Positions 51,042 through 63,770 of a DNA stretch of 64,000 nt are shown piece by piece. How positions within the stretch are numbered: position 1 is the first letter of the stretch; each line of letters opens with the position of its first letter. The position numbers were made by a program, and so were the translations under genes. The notes under the pieces are model-generated. The model did no database searches. It saw only the letters and a list, made by a program, of their open reading frames with translations, and was not told the DNA's origin. This DNA comes from Scenedesmus sp. PABB004 (taxonomy: Eukaryota). The DNA lies in the NCBI GenBank assembly GCA_014905635.1, contig JABVCE010000026.1, forward strand, positions 310,001-374,000, given 5' to 3'.

Positions 51042-54000
51042 ATGCGTGCATTCCTCCTGGCGCTGTTGCTGCTGGCGGGCGCGTCGAGGACTGGCGCGCG
51101 GTCCGGCCGGCGCCTCGCCCCGGCCGGCCGGCGCCTCGCGGCGTCCGACGCTGCGTCCGTCCGGGACGCAGCGGCGTCGGGGAGCGGCGGCGGCGGCGGC
51201 AGCAGCATCGGCGCCGCCGAGTGCCGCTCGCGGACGCATCCGGCGTGCGCGCGCTGCAGCCTCGCCAAGGCCGCACCCGGCACCAGCGGCACCAGCGTCG
51301 TGTGCGCGGTCTGTGACCCCACGTGGCAGCTCAAGCGCGGCCCAAAGCCGACCTGCGGTGCGGCGAGGGGGGCCGTGCAAGTGTCGCGCGCGCTGCTCCG
51401 CGCGCTGCGCTGGCAGGTCCGCCAGCGGCGCCCTCGGGGGCGCCGGCGCGCCTCGCTGACGCGTCCCGCCTCCACCGTGCCGCGCGCAGAGTGCGTCGCG
51501 GGTCGCTACCAGGCCGCGGGCGCCTGCCCGCAGTGCCCCAAGGGGCAGTTCTGCCTCGGCCGCGCCGCGGCGCCGGCCGACTGCCCCGAGGGCCTCGCCA
51601 CGACGGTGCTCGGCGCGCGCAGCAGCGCCCAGGTGCGCCGCCGGGCGGGGCCGGGCGCGGTGGCGGGCGTCGGGCGCGGCGGCGCGCGCGGGGGCGGCTC
51701 GCACGGCCAAGGAGCGGGACAGCCGCCGCCGGGACTGCGGCGGGACGGGCGCCGTCCCCGAGGCGGGATGGGCGCCTCGAGGCGCCGAGCTCGGCCCAGG
51801 CTGAGATGCTGACGCGCCGCCGCCGCCGCCGCCGCTGCGCACCGCCGCGCACCGCGCACCGCCGCGCACCGCAGTGCTACTCCACGCCCGGCTACGGCCG
51901 CGTGGCGGCACGGGCCAGCAACGGCGCCATCACGTACCAGGCGGCGCTGTGCGACCCAGGCACTTACAGCGCAGGAGGCACCACGATAGGCTGCTCGGCC
52001 TGCGCCGCCGGGCTGACCACGCTCGCGGTGGGCGCGACATCGGCCGGCGAGTGCGGTGAGCTGAGCGGCCCCCGGCGCACAGCGCGCGGCGGCGGGCGGC
52101 AGGCCGCGCCTCTCTGACGGCCGGCGCTGACGCCTGCCCGGCCCTGCTGCGCTCGCCCCGCCCCGCCCCGCGCTCCGCGCTCCGCGCTCGCAGTCGCGCC
52201 TGCGGGGTCGTACGTCGCGAACGGCGCCGGCAAGCTCTGCCCGCGCGGGACGTACAGCCGCGAGGCGAGCAACGCGACCGCCTGCACGCCGTGCAGCCGC
52301 GGCCTGGCCACGGCCGGCGAGGGCGCCAGCACGCCCGACGACTGCACGCTCGCCACGCCGGGCTACTATGTGTTGCCTCTCGCGGCGCTGCAGGCGCTGT
52401 TCGCCGCCAACGCCAGCGGCTCGCCGGGCAGCGTCGGCGTCGGCGGCACGTCGCTGGCCAACAGCGTCGCGCTGCTCGGCGCGGAGTGGAACGGCGAGCC
52501 CTCAGTCGCGGTGCCCTGCCCGCTGCACACGTACCAGTCCAAGACGGGCAACGCCACCGCCTGCACGCCCTGCCCCAACGGCCTGCGCACGGCCGCGGAG
52601 GGCGCGAGCGGCGTCGCGCTCTGTCTCGCGCCGCCGGGCGCGACGCTGCCGCCGGGCGGCGGCAACGTGACGGACTGCCCCCGCGGGACCTACAAGGACA
52701 GCTGGGGCCTCAAGCCCTGCACGCCCTGCCCCGCGGGCCTCGACACAGCAGAGCCGGGCGCGGTGGCGGCGGGGGCGTGCTACATCCCGCCCGGCATGGG
52801 CATTGAGCTCGATCAGGAGACGGGCACGCGCCGCGCCGCGCCGTGCGTGCGGGGGACGTACGGGCAGGACGAGCCAAACTTCAACGTGCGCGGCGGCGCG
52901 TGCACGCCCTGCCCCGACGGCACGACCACGCGCGACGTGCTGGCCGGCGAGCCCGCGGCCGCCGGATACACCAGCGCCGACGCCTGCCTGCTCATCCCTG
53001 GCATGGGCGAGGGCGAGGGCGGGCCGGGCGTGGTCGGCGAGTGCGCGGCCGGCTCGTACTCGCCCGGCTACGAGCAGCGCTGGTGCACGGCGTGCCCCGC
53101 GGCGTTCACGACGCTCGAGGCGGGCGCCACGAGCAAGGACGCGTGCGTGGTGCAGCCCGGCTGGTGAGGCGCGGGGCGCGGGGACGGGGCGGCGCGCGGG
53201 CGTGGCGCCAGCGGCGCTGGCGCGGGGGCGTGCACGCGGCGCTGACGCCGGCACGCCGCTGCCCCGCCGCGGCAGGGCCATGGGCGGCAACGACGCGCAG
53301 CCGCGGCCGTGCGACAAGGGGTCATACAGCGCGGGCGGCACGCTGCAGCAACCCGGCGGCGCCTGCACGCCCTGCCCGGCCGGCTGGACGACGCAGCAGG
53401 GCGCGAGCGAGGGCGCGAGCGACTGCATGCGTGAGCCCCCGCCGCCCGCTCGCCGCCCGCCGGCTGCCGGCCGGCAGCGCCGGGCGCCCGGCCCGCGCTC
53501 ACGCGCCGCGCTCACGTGCCGCAACCCGCCGCCGCCGCCGCCGCCACGGCCGCAGTGTGCCTCGCTGGCTATGGCGGCGCCGGCTGCAAGCAGTGCCCGC
53601 CGGGGACGTTCTCGCACGGCGAGGCGGCCGCCGACGCCGAGTGCCACGCCTGCCCCGCGGGCGCCACGAGCGCGCCGGGCGCGGGCAGCGACGCCGACTG
53701 CGTGGCGCAGTTCCCGCTCGAGACGGCGGCGGTCTACGTGACGCTGCCCCTCAGCAACGAGGCGGCGTGGGCCGACACGCCGGCCGGCGCGGCCTCGGAC
53801 GACGCGTGCCGCGCCGCGTGCGGCGACGGCTGCCTCGCGTTCCGCTACGCGCTCACCCCCCGCGGGACGGCGTCCGGCGCGGCGCCGTGCCAGCGCCTGC
53901 TCGCCGACGCGGCGCTGCAGGCGCCGGGCGCGGCCGCGCCGCGCGCCGCGTTGGGTTTCAAGGCCTACGCCGCCGGCGCGGCGCACGACTTCTCTTTTTC

Positions 54001-54265
54001 CTACGTGCCCGACGCCCTCATCGTCGGCCAGCCCCTGGCGAGCCTGCCGCCGGGCGGCAGCCTCGCCGAGTGCACCGGCGCGTGCGCGCGGCGCGACGAG
54101 TGCGTCGCGGTGCGCGTGAAGACCGCGCCGGGGCCGGGCGGCGGCGGCCTGGCGGCGTGCGGGCTGTACACCCACGCGCTGGACGCCGACTGGCGGGCAA
54201 GCTATCGGATCGACCCACGCGGCCTGCTCGCGGGCGGCTTTGCCGTGCGCACCACCGGCAGCTAG
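51042..54265 (+). CDS. Secreted Cys-rich repeat protein (ephrin-receptor-like/GCC repeats; mastigoneme MST1-like) with C-terminal PAN/apple-like modules
   Basis: Signal peptide MRAFLLALLLLAGA; about 10 repeats of C-P-x-G-T-Y...C-T-P-C-P-x-G-x-T-T...G-A-x-S...C; C-terminal CxxxC..C modules; no TM helix. Confidence 0.88.
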
Positions 54266-55373
54266 CGGCAAACAGCCCCAAGCGGCTGCGCTGGCTGCTG
54301 CGCGGCGCACGGCGCGCGCCCGGCGCGCGTCCCCCCATCCCTTGTCCGCGCGGCAGCGCGGCAGTACCGTGCGGTCACTGCGGATGCACTGCACAAACCA
54401 ACCAACGCGGTGTGCGGCCCGGTGCTGCTGGCGATCTCTTGGCGGCGTTGTTTGGCAGAGCGAGCGTGTGAGGAGCGCGGCACAGCCGTTTGTGGCCTGC
54501 TGCGCGTGCTTTGCCTGCGCCTGCCCCCCCTGCGCGCACGCGCGCCCACTGCTGACCGCGCGGCAGGCTCGGCACGTGCTCGGCGCGTGCGCGTCACACG
54601 AGGGTGTGGCAACGGGCCGCACGTTTGATGTGGCGCTGTGGCGAGCTGCCTCGCCACCGACGGCGCGGCCATGAGCTTTGACTGATTGATTGGTTTTGAT
54701 CCGGCACGCGCTCAACAACCATGCGCATCGGCCGTCTCACGGACCGCCTGAGCTTGCCGATGCTGCTGCTGATGAGCTGCTGAGCTGCTCACGCGATGCT
54801 GCAGACTGCACACTGCTGCAGACGTTTACTTGCTACACCCGATACACTAACAATGCCTATCACACGCCTACACATTATTCTCACCTAGCACCAACAAAGC
54901 CGCCGCCCGCCGACGTGCGCCGGCGGGCGGCGGAGGGCGGCGCAATCAAAGCGGCGGCGGCGGCCGGCGGCGGCCAGCCGCCGCCACCTAGCAGCAGCAC
55001 TCTGCTGGCGGGCACCACTTCAATATCGCGCACTGCGAATAACGTTGAGCACTGCAGCATTGCAGCACTTGCGTTCCTTCATCTCTTTGCGCGCGCAGCG
55101 CGCATCTCTTTGTGGCGGCGGCGGGGCACCTCCCGCATGTAACCCAATGACACCAGGGCTGGTGAGGCGGGCGGATGGGGGGGCCACCCCGCACGGGTGG
55201 GCCCCGCGCGCTGAGCCCTCACGACGGCCCCTGTCGCGCGGCGGCCGCCGGCAGCGCGCCGCTGGCGCCACTCAGGTCGCAGACCCTCCCGCCAGGCTGG
55301 GCCGCTGCGCCTCCCCGCCGCCGGGCGACGAGCAGCGCCGGCGAGCGCAGCCACGTGCGGCTTGCCGCGAGCC

Positions 55374-57046
55374 ATGCGCGCCACGCCGATCGGGCAGCGA
55401 ACCACGACCACCACCATGCGCGCCGTCGGTGCGGGAGCGATTGGCGCGGGGCAGGCCGCCGCGCGCGGCAGCAGGGACTCGGCGTCGCGGCCTCACGGGC
55501 GCCGCCGGGCCCGCACGGCGGCGCCGCGCGGCGGCGTGGTGCCACGACGACCGCGACGCCCGTGCGCCCCCTCCCGCACCCCGCGCGCGCAGGCCTGGCC
55601 CGCCTGGCGCGCCCGGTGGCAGCGGCGCGCGCCGGCGCCGCGCCCGCGCCCGCGCGCCGCCGGCTGGGCACCGCGCGCGCGGCGTCGGCCGAGACGGCGA
55701 CGGTGCCGGAGATCAGCTTTGCCGTCGAGCGCGACTGGTCGGGCGACGGCGGCGGTGCCACGGCGCGCGCGCCGAGCCCCCGCGCATCCCCGCTCAACTG
55801 GTGCGAGCCGACGGCCTACACAGTGGACAACGTGGCCGCCGCCGACGCGGCGCGCTTCGCGCTGCACCCGTCGGTGGGCTTCTGGGCGGCCCACAACACG
55901 CGGTTCAGCTCGCGCAGCATCAGCCAGGCCGAGCCGACCCCGGAGGACGCCAGGCGCGGCCGCGGCGGCAGCGGTGCCAGCCGCGGGCGCGCGTGGCAAT
56001 GGCCGCGGCGCGCGCGTGCCCCCGCCGAGCCCCGCCCCGCCCCGCCCCGCCCCGCCCCGCGCGCCGCCGCGCAGCCGGCGCCGCCTGGCCGACCTCGCCG
56101 CGACCGTGCGCGAGCTGCTCGCGACCTCGGCGCTCGCGGACGCTGAGAGCGCGGCGTATTGGGCGTACCACCTGGGCCGCGCAGGCTTCTTCCTCGCGGC
56201 GGTGCGGCGGCGGCAGGGCGGGCGCGGGAGCGCGGGCGCGGCAGCGAGGGGCGGCGCCGCCGCTGGGGCGGCGGTGGCGCGCCCCCGACCCCGCGCGCGC
56301 GCCCCCTGCGCCCCGCGCCGCCGCGCGCAGTCGGCGAGCGGCGCCGTCGCGCACCACGTCGCGGCGCAGCTCGCGGCGCTGCGCGCGGGCGCGCCGGCGG
56401 GGCGCACGCCGTTCCAAAACCTCAGCGCCAACGCGGCGAGCGAGGTGGCCAACCGCCTGTCAGAGGCGGTCGCCGTCTTCAGGCGAGCACGCGGCGCGCA
56501 CGCACACACGCAGCGGCGCGCGCCGGCCCCGCCCGCCCCGCGCGGCGCCGCGGCCGTGCGCGCCGCGCGCGCCGCGCGCCCGCCCCGCCCGGCCCGGCCC
56601 CCGGCGAGCCCAGCCGCGCCGCCGCGTGCCGCGTGCCGCGCTGCGCCGCGCCGCGCCGTGCGCAGGCAGGACCTGGACTGCATCAAGGCCGGCGCGTTCA
56701 AGGCGCCGTGGGACATGACCACGCCGGCCAATCGGCAGTACAACCCCCTCTATGTGCTCACCAAGTGAGCGCCGCCAGGCAGTACAACTCGGCGCCCGCC
56801 CCGCTGCGCGCCGCGCCGCGCCCGCCGCCGCTCGCATGCCGCCGCCGCTCGCATGCCGCCGCCGACGCGCGGCTGCCGCCGCCGCAGGTCGGTGCAGTTT
56901 GTCGGCGAGGCTGTCGCGACGCTCGACCGGCGCATGGCCGCTGGGCCCGCGCACAACTGGTTCTCCAGGTGCGCGCCCGCGCCGCGCCCGCCGCCCCGCT
57001 GCCCCGCCGCCCCGCGCCCCTCCTCCTCTCCCCACCCCCCCCCTCC

Positions 57047-57119
<73 letters not shown>

Positions 57120-58662
57120 ACACGCACATCCCTCTGCCCCTGTCCCTGAACCCCCGCCCCCGCAGCAACCTGGGCTACCCCGCCTACTACGCCGCCAACA
57201 CCTTCCACTACCAGAGCGACGGCTGGTTCAGCGACAGGCGCGCATGCCGACGCGCCGCCGCCGCCGCGCGCGCGCTGGAGGTGTCCGTGTCTCGCCCCCA
57301 CGCACACATCTCCACACCCCACACCCACACACACGCCCACACCCCACACACCCACGCAGCTCCGCCGACATCTATGAGTTCTCCACCGAGGCGCTCTTCT
57401 TCGGCCGCCAGGTGCGGCGGCCGCGTGCGCGCCTGCTGACGGATGCAGTGCGCGTGCACCTGTTTGACGGGCCGCACCTCACGCGCCGCCGCGCCCGCCG
57501 CCGCGCCCGCCGCCCGCCGCCGCCCGCCGCGCCCGCCCGCCGCACCCGCCGCGGCCGCGCGCAGGACGCGATGCAGCGCACCGCGCTGCTCGCCATCAGC
57601 GCCCACCTCGCGCGCACCGGCGCCGACCCGGCGCGGCTGCGGCTGCTGGAGACGTGCTGCGGCACGGGGCGCCTTCACACCTTCATCAAGGCACGGCGCC
57701 CTTTGGCCGCCGCGGCGGCCGCGGCAGCCCGCCGCCGCGCTCCACACGGGCCGCCCCCTCGCCCGCCCGTCCCTCACCCCGCCGCGCCCGCGCGCGCGCC
57801 GCGCCGCTCTCAGGACAACTGGCCGCGCATGTCCAGCGTCGCGGCGGATCTCTCGCCCTTCTATCTGGCCAAGGCGCGGGACAACGTGGCCGCCTGGAAG
57901 GCGCAGCGCGCGCCCGGGCTCGACCTCGGCGGCGCCGACGGCACGGGTGCGCGCCGCCGCCTGCGCGCGCGCGCCGCGCGCGCCCGCTCGCCGCCCGCTC
58001 GCTACGCCGCCCAGCCCGCGCCGCGCCTGCTCCTACGCCGTGCGCCGTGTCGCGTACCGCGTGCGCGCAGGCACCGAGTTTGTGCAGGCCGCGGCGGAGG
58101 CGCTGCCGCTGCCCGACGGCAGCGTGGACGTGGTGGTGCAGATGTACGCCGCGCACGAGATGCCCGAAGACGCGCGCGTCGCGGCGGCGGCGGAGGCGTT
58201 CCGCGTGCTCCGCCCCGGCGGCCTCGCCGTGCTCACCGACAGCGTGCAGCTCGGCGACCGCCCGGAGTGGGACGCGACGCTCGGCGCGTTTGGGTGCGCG
58301 CGCGCCGCGGGCCGGCCGCTCCCTCCCCCTCCCCGCTGGGCCGGCCGCGCGCGCACACGCGGGCTCGACTCGCTCCTCCCTCACTCCTCACACACGCTCA
58401 CACACTCTCTCACTCACTCCTCACTCACACGCTTACGTGCAGGAACTTCAACGAGCCTCACTACACCAACTTCATCGCCTGCGACTTTGGGGCGCTGTTC
58501 GAGTCGGTCGGCTTTGTCTGCGACACCAAGTACGTCTCCAGCGCCACCAAGACGCTGTCCTTTGTGAAGCCCGCGGCCGCGCCGGCCGACGCGGACGAGG
58601 CAGCGACGCCGGCCGAGGCGGGCGCGGAGGCGCCCGCGCGCGGCGCGCCGGAGCTCAACTGA
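55374..58662 (+). CDS. Class I SAM-dependent methyltransferase, probably plastid-targeted (cyanobacterial-type family)
   Basis: RQDLDCIKAGAFKAPWD, YPAYYAANTFHYQSDGWFS, YEFSTEALFFGRQDAMQR, LLETCCGTGRLHTF, ADLSPFYL, AAEALPLPDGSVD, HEMP, FRVLRPGG, DSVQLGD, NFNEPHY. Four GC-AG introns. Confidence 0.9.
57050..57118. repeat. Intronic (CA)n microsatellite, about 34 units
   Basis: Uninterrupted CA run. Confidence 0.97.
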
Positions 58663-59082
58663 GCTCGCGCGGCGAGGGGGCCCTGCACAGGCGAGGCGGC
58701 ACTGCAGTGCGCGGCGGCCCGGGTGCGCCGCGGACTGTACGAACAGAGTTTGAGCTGAGAGGTGTGGGCTGTTTTGTTCGCTGCACAGTCGACAATGCTG
58801 GCCGACCTTTGACTGAGGGCGCGCTGATCGGCGCCATTGCAGCGGCCGCTGCTCGGAGTGAGGCGGCGCGGGGCCCGGGAGGCGGCGCTGGGCGCTTGTG
58901 GTTTGTCGTTGTACGCGTTGCAACTCTCCGGCTGCCGATCCCGCCGACTGCCTCGCAGCAGCCGGCCCGTGACCCCCGCGCGCTCGCCCCCGCCACGTTG
59001 CAATGCGCTGGGCTACATTCATTCACTGCCGCGTCACCAGTTGCTGTACAGAGGTCCAGTCAAATCTGCCCCGCTCCCCCGC

Positions 59083-61190
59083 TCACGCGCCGGGCGGCTG
59101 CCCGCCCGGCGGCGGCTGCTGCGGCGCCCCCGTCGGCGGCGCCCCCCCGCCGACCTGCGCCTGCCAGTCGCGCAGCGAGCGCTCGGCGGCGGCGCGGCGC
59201 AGCGCGTCCGCGTGCGCGGCCTCCTCCTCCGCGGCGAGCGCGTCGCCGCGCCCCGCCGGCAGGTGCGGCGCCAGCGCGCGCAGCAGGGCGGCGTTGAAGA
59301 GGTGCGGCTGCTCCAGGAAAACGAAATGGCCGCTGTCGGGCAGCACGTCCACGCGGTGGTCTGACGGCACCGTCCGCCGCCGCGCCGCGTCGAGCGCGTC
59401 CGCGACGGCCTGCCCCGCCGCGGGGTTCATCCAATCGTGCTCGCCATAGATAAAGCTCACGGGCACCTCCAGCTGCAGCAGCCGCTCCGCGAGCGGCGCG
59501 TACGCCCACGCGCCCGGCGCCTGCGCGCGCGGGCGTCGGCCGCCGCGTGAGCGCGCCGCCCCAAAGCTCGCGAGCATGCCGCCGCGTGCGCAAAGCCGCA
59601 CGCGACGACGGCCCCCACCGCACCAGGATGTGCCGCAGCGCGTACTCGCCGCTCCCCCGCTGCGCGGTGATGCCGTAAAAGTAGGGCGTGAGCGCCTCGC
59701 GCTCGCGCTCGCTCAGCGGCAGCCCTGCGCGGCGGCGGCCGCGGCGGCGGCGGCGGCGGTGGCGTGGGCCGGCGGCGCCGGCGGCGTGGGAACCAACGGC
59801 CCTGCAGCAGCGCGGCGCGGCGCGGCAGCTCGGGTTTTGGGTTGAGCGGCGCGCACCGTGCATGCTGAAGCGCCCGCTCACGTAGCGCTCCACGAGGCCG
59901 GGGCCCCACGGCCCGAGCGCGCGGATGACCGACCCGGGCGTGACGCCCGAGGCCCACGCCTTGCCCGCGAGGCGGAAGAGCGCGGAGCGCACCGACCACG
60001 CGTCACTCATGAAGCGCCGCTCCCAGCCCTCGGGCTTGGGCGGCTGCGCGCGGGCGGGCAGGCGGCGCGCGGTGCGCGGCGCGCTGTGCGCGGCGCGCTG
60101 GCTCGGCGCCAGCGAGCGCGCGGCGCGCACGGCGCGGCGCACGCACGATGCCGGCCGGGCAGACGAGCACGAGGTGCTGCACTTGCTCCGGGTGCTTCAG
60201 CGCGTACGAGGCTGCCAGGTACCCGCCTGCGCGCGCCGCCGCGGGCAGAAGCACCGAATGAGCCGCGGCCGGCCCGCGCGCGCGGCGGGCTCGCGGCGCG
60301 GCCCCTCCCGCGCCGCGCTGCCCCCGCCCCCCACGTGCCCCCGCCCCGCCCCCGGGCGCGCGGCACGCTCCGAGGGAGTGGCCCACGAGGATGAACTTTG
60401 AGAGCCCAGCCTTGGCGCGCCAGGCATTGAGCGAGTCAAGGAAGAACGCCTCGGTCCCCGCGCGGTCGGCGGGGGTGAAGTCGGGGCGGCCTGCGCCCCG
60501 CGGCGCGCACGAGGCGCGCGTCGGCGGGGCGGGCCGCCGCGCGCGGCTGCGGCGCGGCGCAGGCGTGCCGGCGCTGCCGTGCCCCCCCGGCCGCACCCGA
60601 GAGCCCCGTGCCGAGCCAGTCGACCGCGAACACCTGGAACGCTTTGGCGAGGCCGTCGAGGTTCCTGTGCGCGCGCGCGCGCGTGCGTGCGCGGCGGGCA
60701 CCGGTCAGCTCCTCGCTGCGCGCCGGGCGCGCCAGCCGGCGCGCGCCGGGCCCCTGCGCTGTGCGCTGGTGCGCCGCCGCCGCGCCTGAAGAAGAAGCCG
60801 GTGCCGGCGCCGTATCCCGGCATCAGCACCAGCGCCGGAGCGCCGGGCTCGCCGCCGGTCGTCGCGTGGACGTAGTGCTCGGGCGACGCGGCCACGGGCA
60901 CGTCCTCGACGCGCCACCTGCCCCGCAGCAGCCCCAGCAGGCCCCGCTCCGCCGCCACGGCCTCGGCCTTGCTGGTCTGGCGCCACCGGCTCGCGCGCAG
61001 CCACCTGAGGGGCGCGGCGGGCGGCACGTCGGCGGCGGCGGGCACGGGGCGCGCTGCTCGGCGCGGCGGCCTGCGGCGCGCACCACGGGAGCGAGGGCGC
61101 TTCGAGCGAGGTGAGGGCCTCAGCCTCAGCAGACGTCACGGCGCGCCCCAGCGCGCCGCCCTCCTCCTGCTCTCGTGAGGCCGGCGACAT
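59083..61190 (-). CDS. Alpha/beta hydrolase, CGI-58/ABHD4-5 family (lipase/LPA acyltransferase-like)
   Basis: [90 protein letters not shown]. Confidence 0.93.
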
Positions 61191-61509
61191 GGCGCCGCTG
61201 CTCTGCTGCTGCTGCCTGCCACGTTGCTGGTTCTGCGAGGCGCTGGGCCCGGGTCGTGAGCCGAGCCCTCGCAGGGCGTGGCCCGGGCGCGCGCGGTCTG
61301 GCGGCGGCGGCGGTGGCGCGACTTGCGTGAAGCAGCTGAGCGTCGTCACGGCGCCGCGGTTCTGGTGCGGCTCCGCACCGCCTGCGCTGCTGGCTGGGGA
61401 GCATCACGCCGCCCTGACCCATCCCCGCAACGCAGGCGCGACGCCGTGCTGAGCGCGCGCGCAACGGTTGACCGCGCCGCCCGCATCCAGCCTGCCGCGC
61501 GCCGCCGCG

Positions 61510-63546
61510 ATGTTTGGGCAGCGGCGCCGGGCCAGCAGCGGCGGTGGCTTCGACGCCGCCGGCGACACGGCGGCGCCGCTGCAGCAGCCCGCCGGCGCGC
61601 CGCCGCCAGCGCAGCAGCGGGCCGGCCTGCCCGCGTCCATCGGCGCGGCACGCGAGCAGGCGGCGCAGCGGCGGCGGAGCGGCGGGGCCGGCGCTGGCGC
61701 CGCCGCGGCTGCGGCTGCGGCTGCGGCTGCGCCGCCGCTGCCGCAGCGCGCGCGCGTGCAGGCGCCAGCGCTGGCGCCGCGTGGGGGCGGCGCGGCCGCC
61801 GACGCGGCGCCGCGCTTCACTGTGTTCAGCAACCCCCTCGGCGCAGACGCGACCGGCGACACGCCGCCGCTGTCGCCAGCGGCGCGGCAGCCCGCGTCGC
61901 TGGCGCCGCCGGCGGCAGAGGCGCCCGCCGCCGACGCGGGCGCTGGCGTGGGCGGCGGCGCCAAGCAGCTGGGCGCGGCGGGCGGCCGGAAGGCCGCGCA
62001 CTTTGAGGTGCTGCCGGCGGAGGGGCAGCCCGCCGACGGCAGCGCCGCGCCGGGCGACCAGGCGCGGGAGGAGGGCGAGTGCGGCGGCGCGGCGGGCGCG
62101 ACGCAGCAGCTGTACGTTTACGACCAGGTGCGGGCGAGGCAGGCGCGCTGGCCTCGCGGCCGGCGCGGTCTGCCGGCAGCTGGCAACCGGCCGCCGCCGC
62201 GTGACCGCCGCCGCCGCCGCGTGACCGCCGCCGCGCGCCCAGGGCACGGGCCAGCTCACGCGCCTGGGCGAGGGCGCGGACGGCGTGCGGCACGCGCGGC
62301 ACTACCTGGAGGACTGGAACACAGGAGAGTTCTTCCAGATGGCCGGCGCGCGCCGCGGCTGCTGGGCCTGGCTCAGGTGCGCCGCTGCGGCGCCGCGCCG
62401 TGCTGCGCCGCGCCGTGCACCCGCTCGCGGCACCCCCGCCGACGCCCAACGCAACGCGGCCGCGCGGCACGCGCTGCTGCCGCAGGCGCGCGCCGCGGCC
62501 GGGGCCCGCGCCGTGGGGCGACGGCGGCGCCGAGCCGAGCCTGCTGCGCAGCGTCGCTGAGGTGGCCGACGCGTGCGGCAGCGCGATGGCGGCGCTCGGC
62601 ATGTTTGCGCAGGGCCTGTGCGGCGGGCTGGCCCTGCTCTGCCTCTTCACCACCTACGCCCAGTACGCGGCCCAGGTGCCCGCCGCCGCCGCCAGCGCCT
62701 GGTGCCGAGCTCGGCGCGGCGCGCCGGGCGCAGGCGCTGCACACACAGCGCCGCGGCGCTGAGCGCGGCGGGCCGGCCGCCCCGCCGTCGTCGCGCAGGG
62801 CCTGGCGGGCTTCCTGGCCTACTACAGCCCCCATGCGCAGATGGTGAACCGCGCCTTCTTCGCCCTGGTCAGCCTCTCTCTCGTCTCCGCCTGCGCGCGC
62901 CTCGCGTACGACCAGCTCGGCGGCTTCCGGCCCCCGCAGCTGCGGTGCGCGCCGCGCCGCAGCACGCCGCGCGCCGTGCCGCAGCACGCCGCGCACCGCG
63001 CGCGCCCGGCGGCGCCGGCGGCACGCGCCCGAGTACGCGCGCGGCCGCACGCCCGGCGCAGGCTGCGCGCGGTGGACGGGTGCGGGCTGGCGCTGTATCT
63101 GGTGGCCTACCTCGCCAACCTGCTCGCCACGCCCACCGACGACGCGCTCACGTACGAGGCGCGCCGCGACGCGCGCTACGGCGACGGCGCGCTGCCGGCC
63201 GCGTTCCTGCGCAAGGTGTGCTTGCGCTTGCGCGGGCTGTCGGTGCCGCGCCCAGCACGCGCCGCGCCGCGCTGAGCCGCCGCGACCGCGCCGCTGCCCG
63301 CAGCTCGCGCTGTGGCAGGTGCTCAACCTGGTGCGCGTGTGCGCGTGCGGCGCGGGCTGGGCGCTCGCGTGCTACCGCGGCAACCCGCTGGTCATGGCGC
63401 TCGTCTGGGAGGCGCGGCAGCAGGACGCCGCGGCGGCCGCGGCCGGCAGCGCTGGCGCGGACTGGCCGCCGCCGCGGCGCGGCAGCGACGCCGGCGCCGG
63501 CGGCGGCGGCGGTGCGCTCCGGCGGGCGGCACCGCCCGTCGGCTGA
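61510..63546 (+). CDS. TMEM237: TMEM237-like ciliary transition-zone tetraspan protein
   Basis: Disordered N-terminus, then four TM segments: LGMFAQGLCGGLALLCLFTTY, FFALVSLSLVSACAR, LYLVAYLANLL, LWQVLNLVRVCACGAGWALACY. Matches the recalled TMEM237 pattern (LFSHGFLAG...STISAFDR...LYF...WIVVNLV...GLSW). Confidence 0.78.
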
Positions 63547-63770
63547 CGCGCGGTTTGTGGTTGTGCCGAACCCGCTGGCGCTGCGGCGGAACGCGTGCGT
63601 CGCGCTCGAGCTCTCTCACAGCCCAGCCATACACGCAGCCGCACCGCCCGCAGGCCGCCGCGCCGCCGCAGCCGCGCACTCGCCGCAGCGCCCGCGCCGC
63701 CGCCGGTTCGCCGCGACAGCTCCCGCTGCGCCCAATTGTCGTGCGGCCCTCGTTTGAATTGCTAGGAGCC

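Noticed and set aside
54769..54800. CTGATGAG followed by a short stem, resembling a hammerhead core or snoRNA C box
   Set aside because: No GAAA after the stem and no convincing terminal stem or C/D spacing. It sits in a GCT-repeat context.
54690..55142. 150-aa ORF in an AT-richer spacer
   Set aside because: Non-ATG start, atypical codon usage and no motif. More likely UTR or intergenic; a TGTAA poly(A)-like signal lies at 55138.
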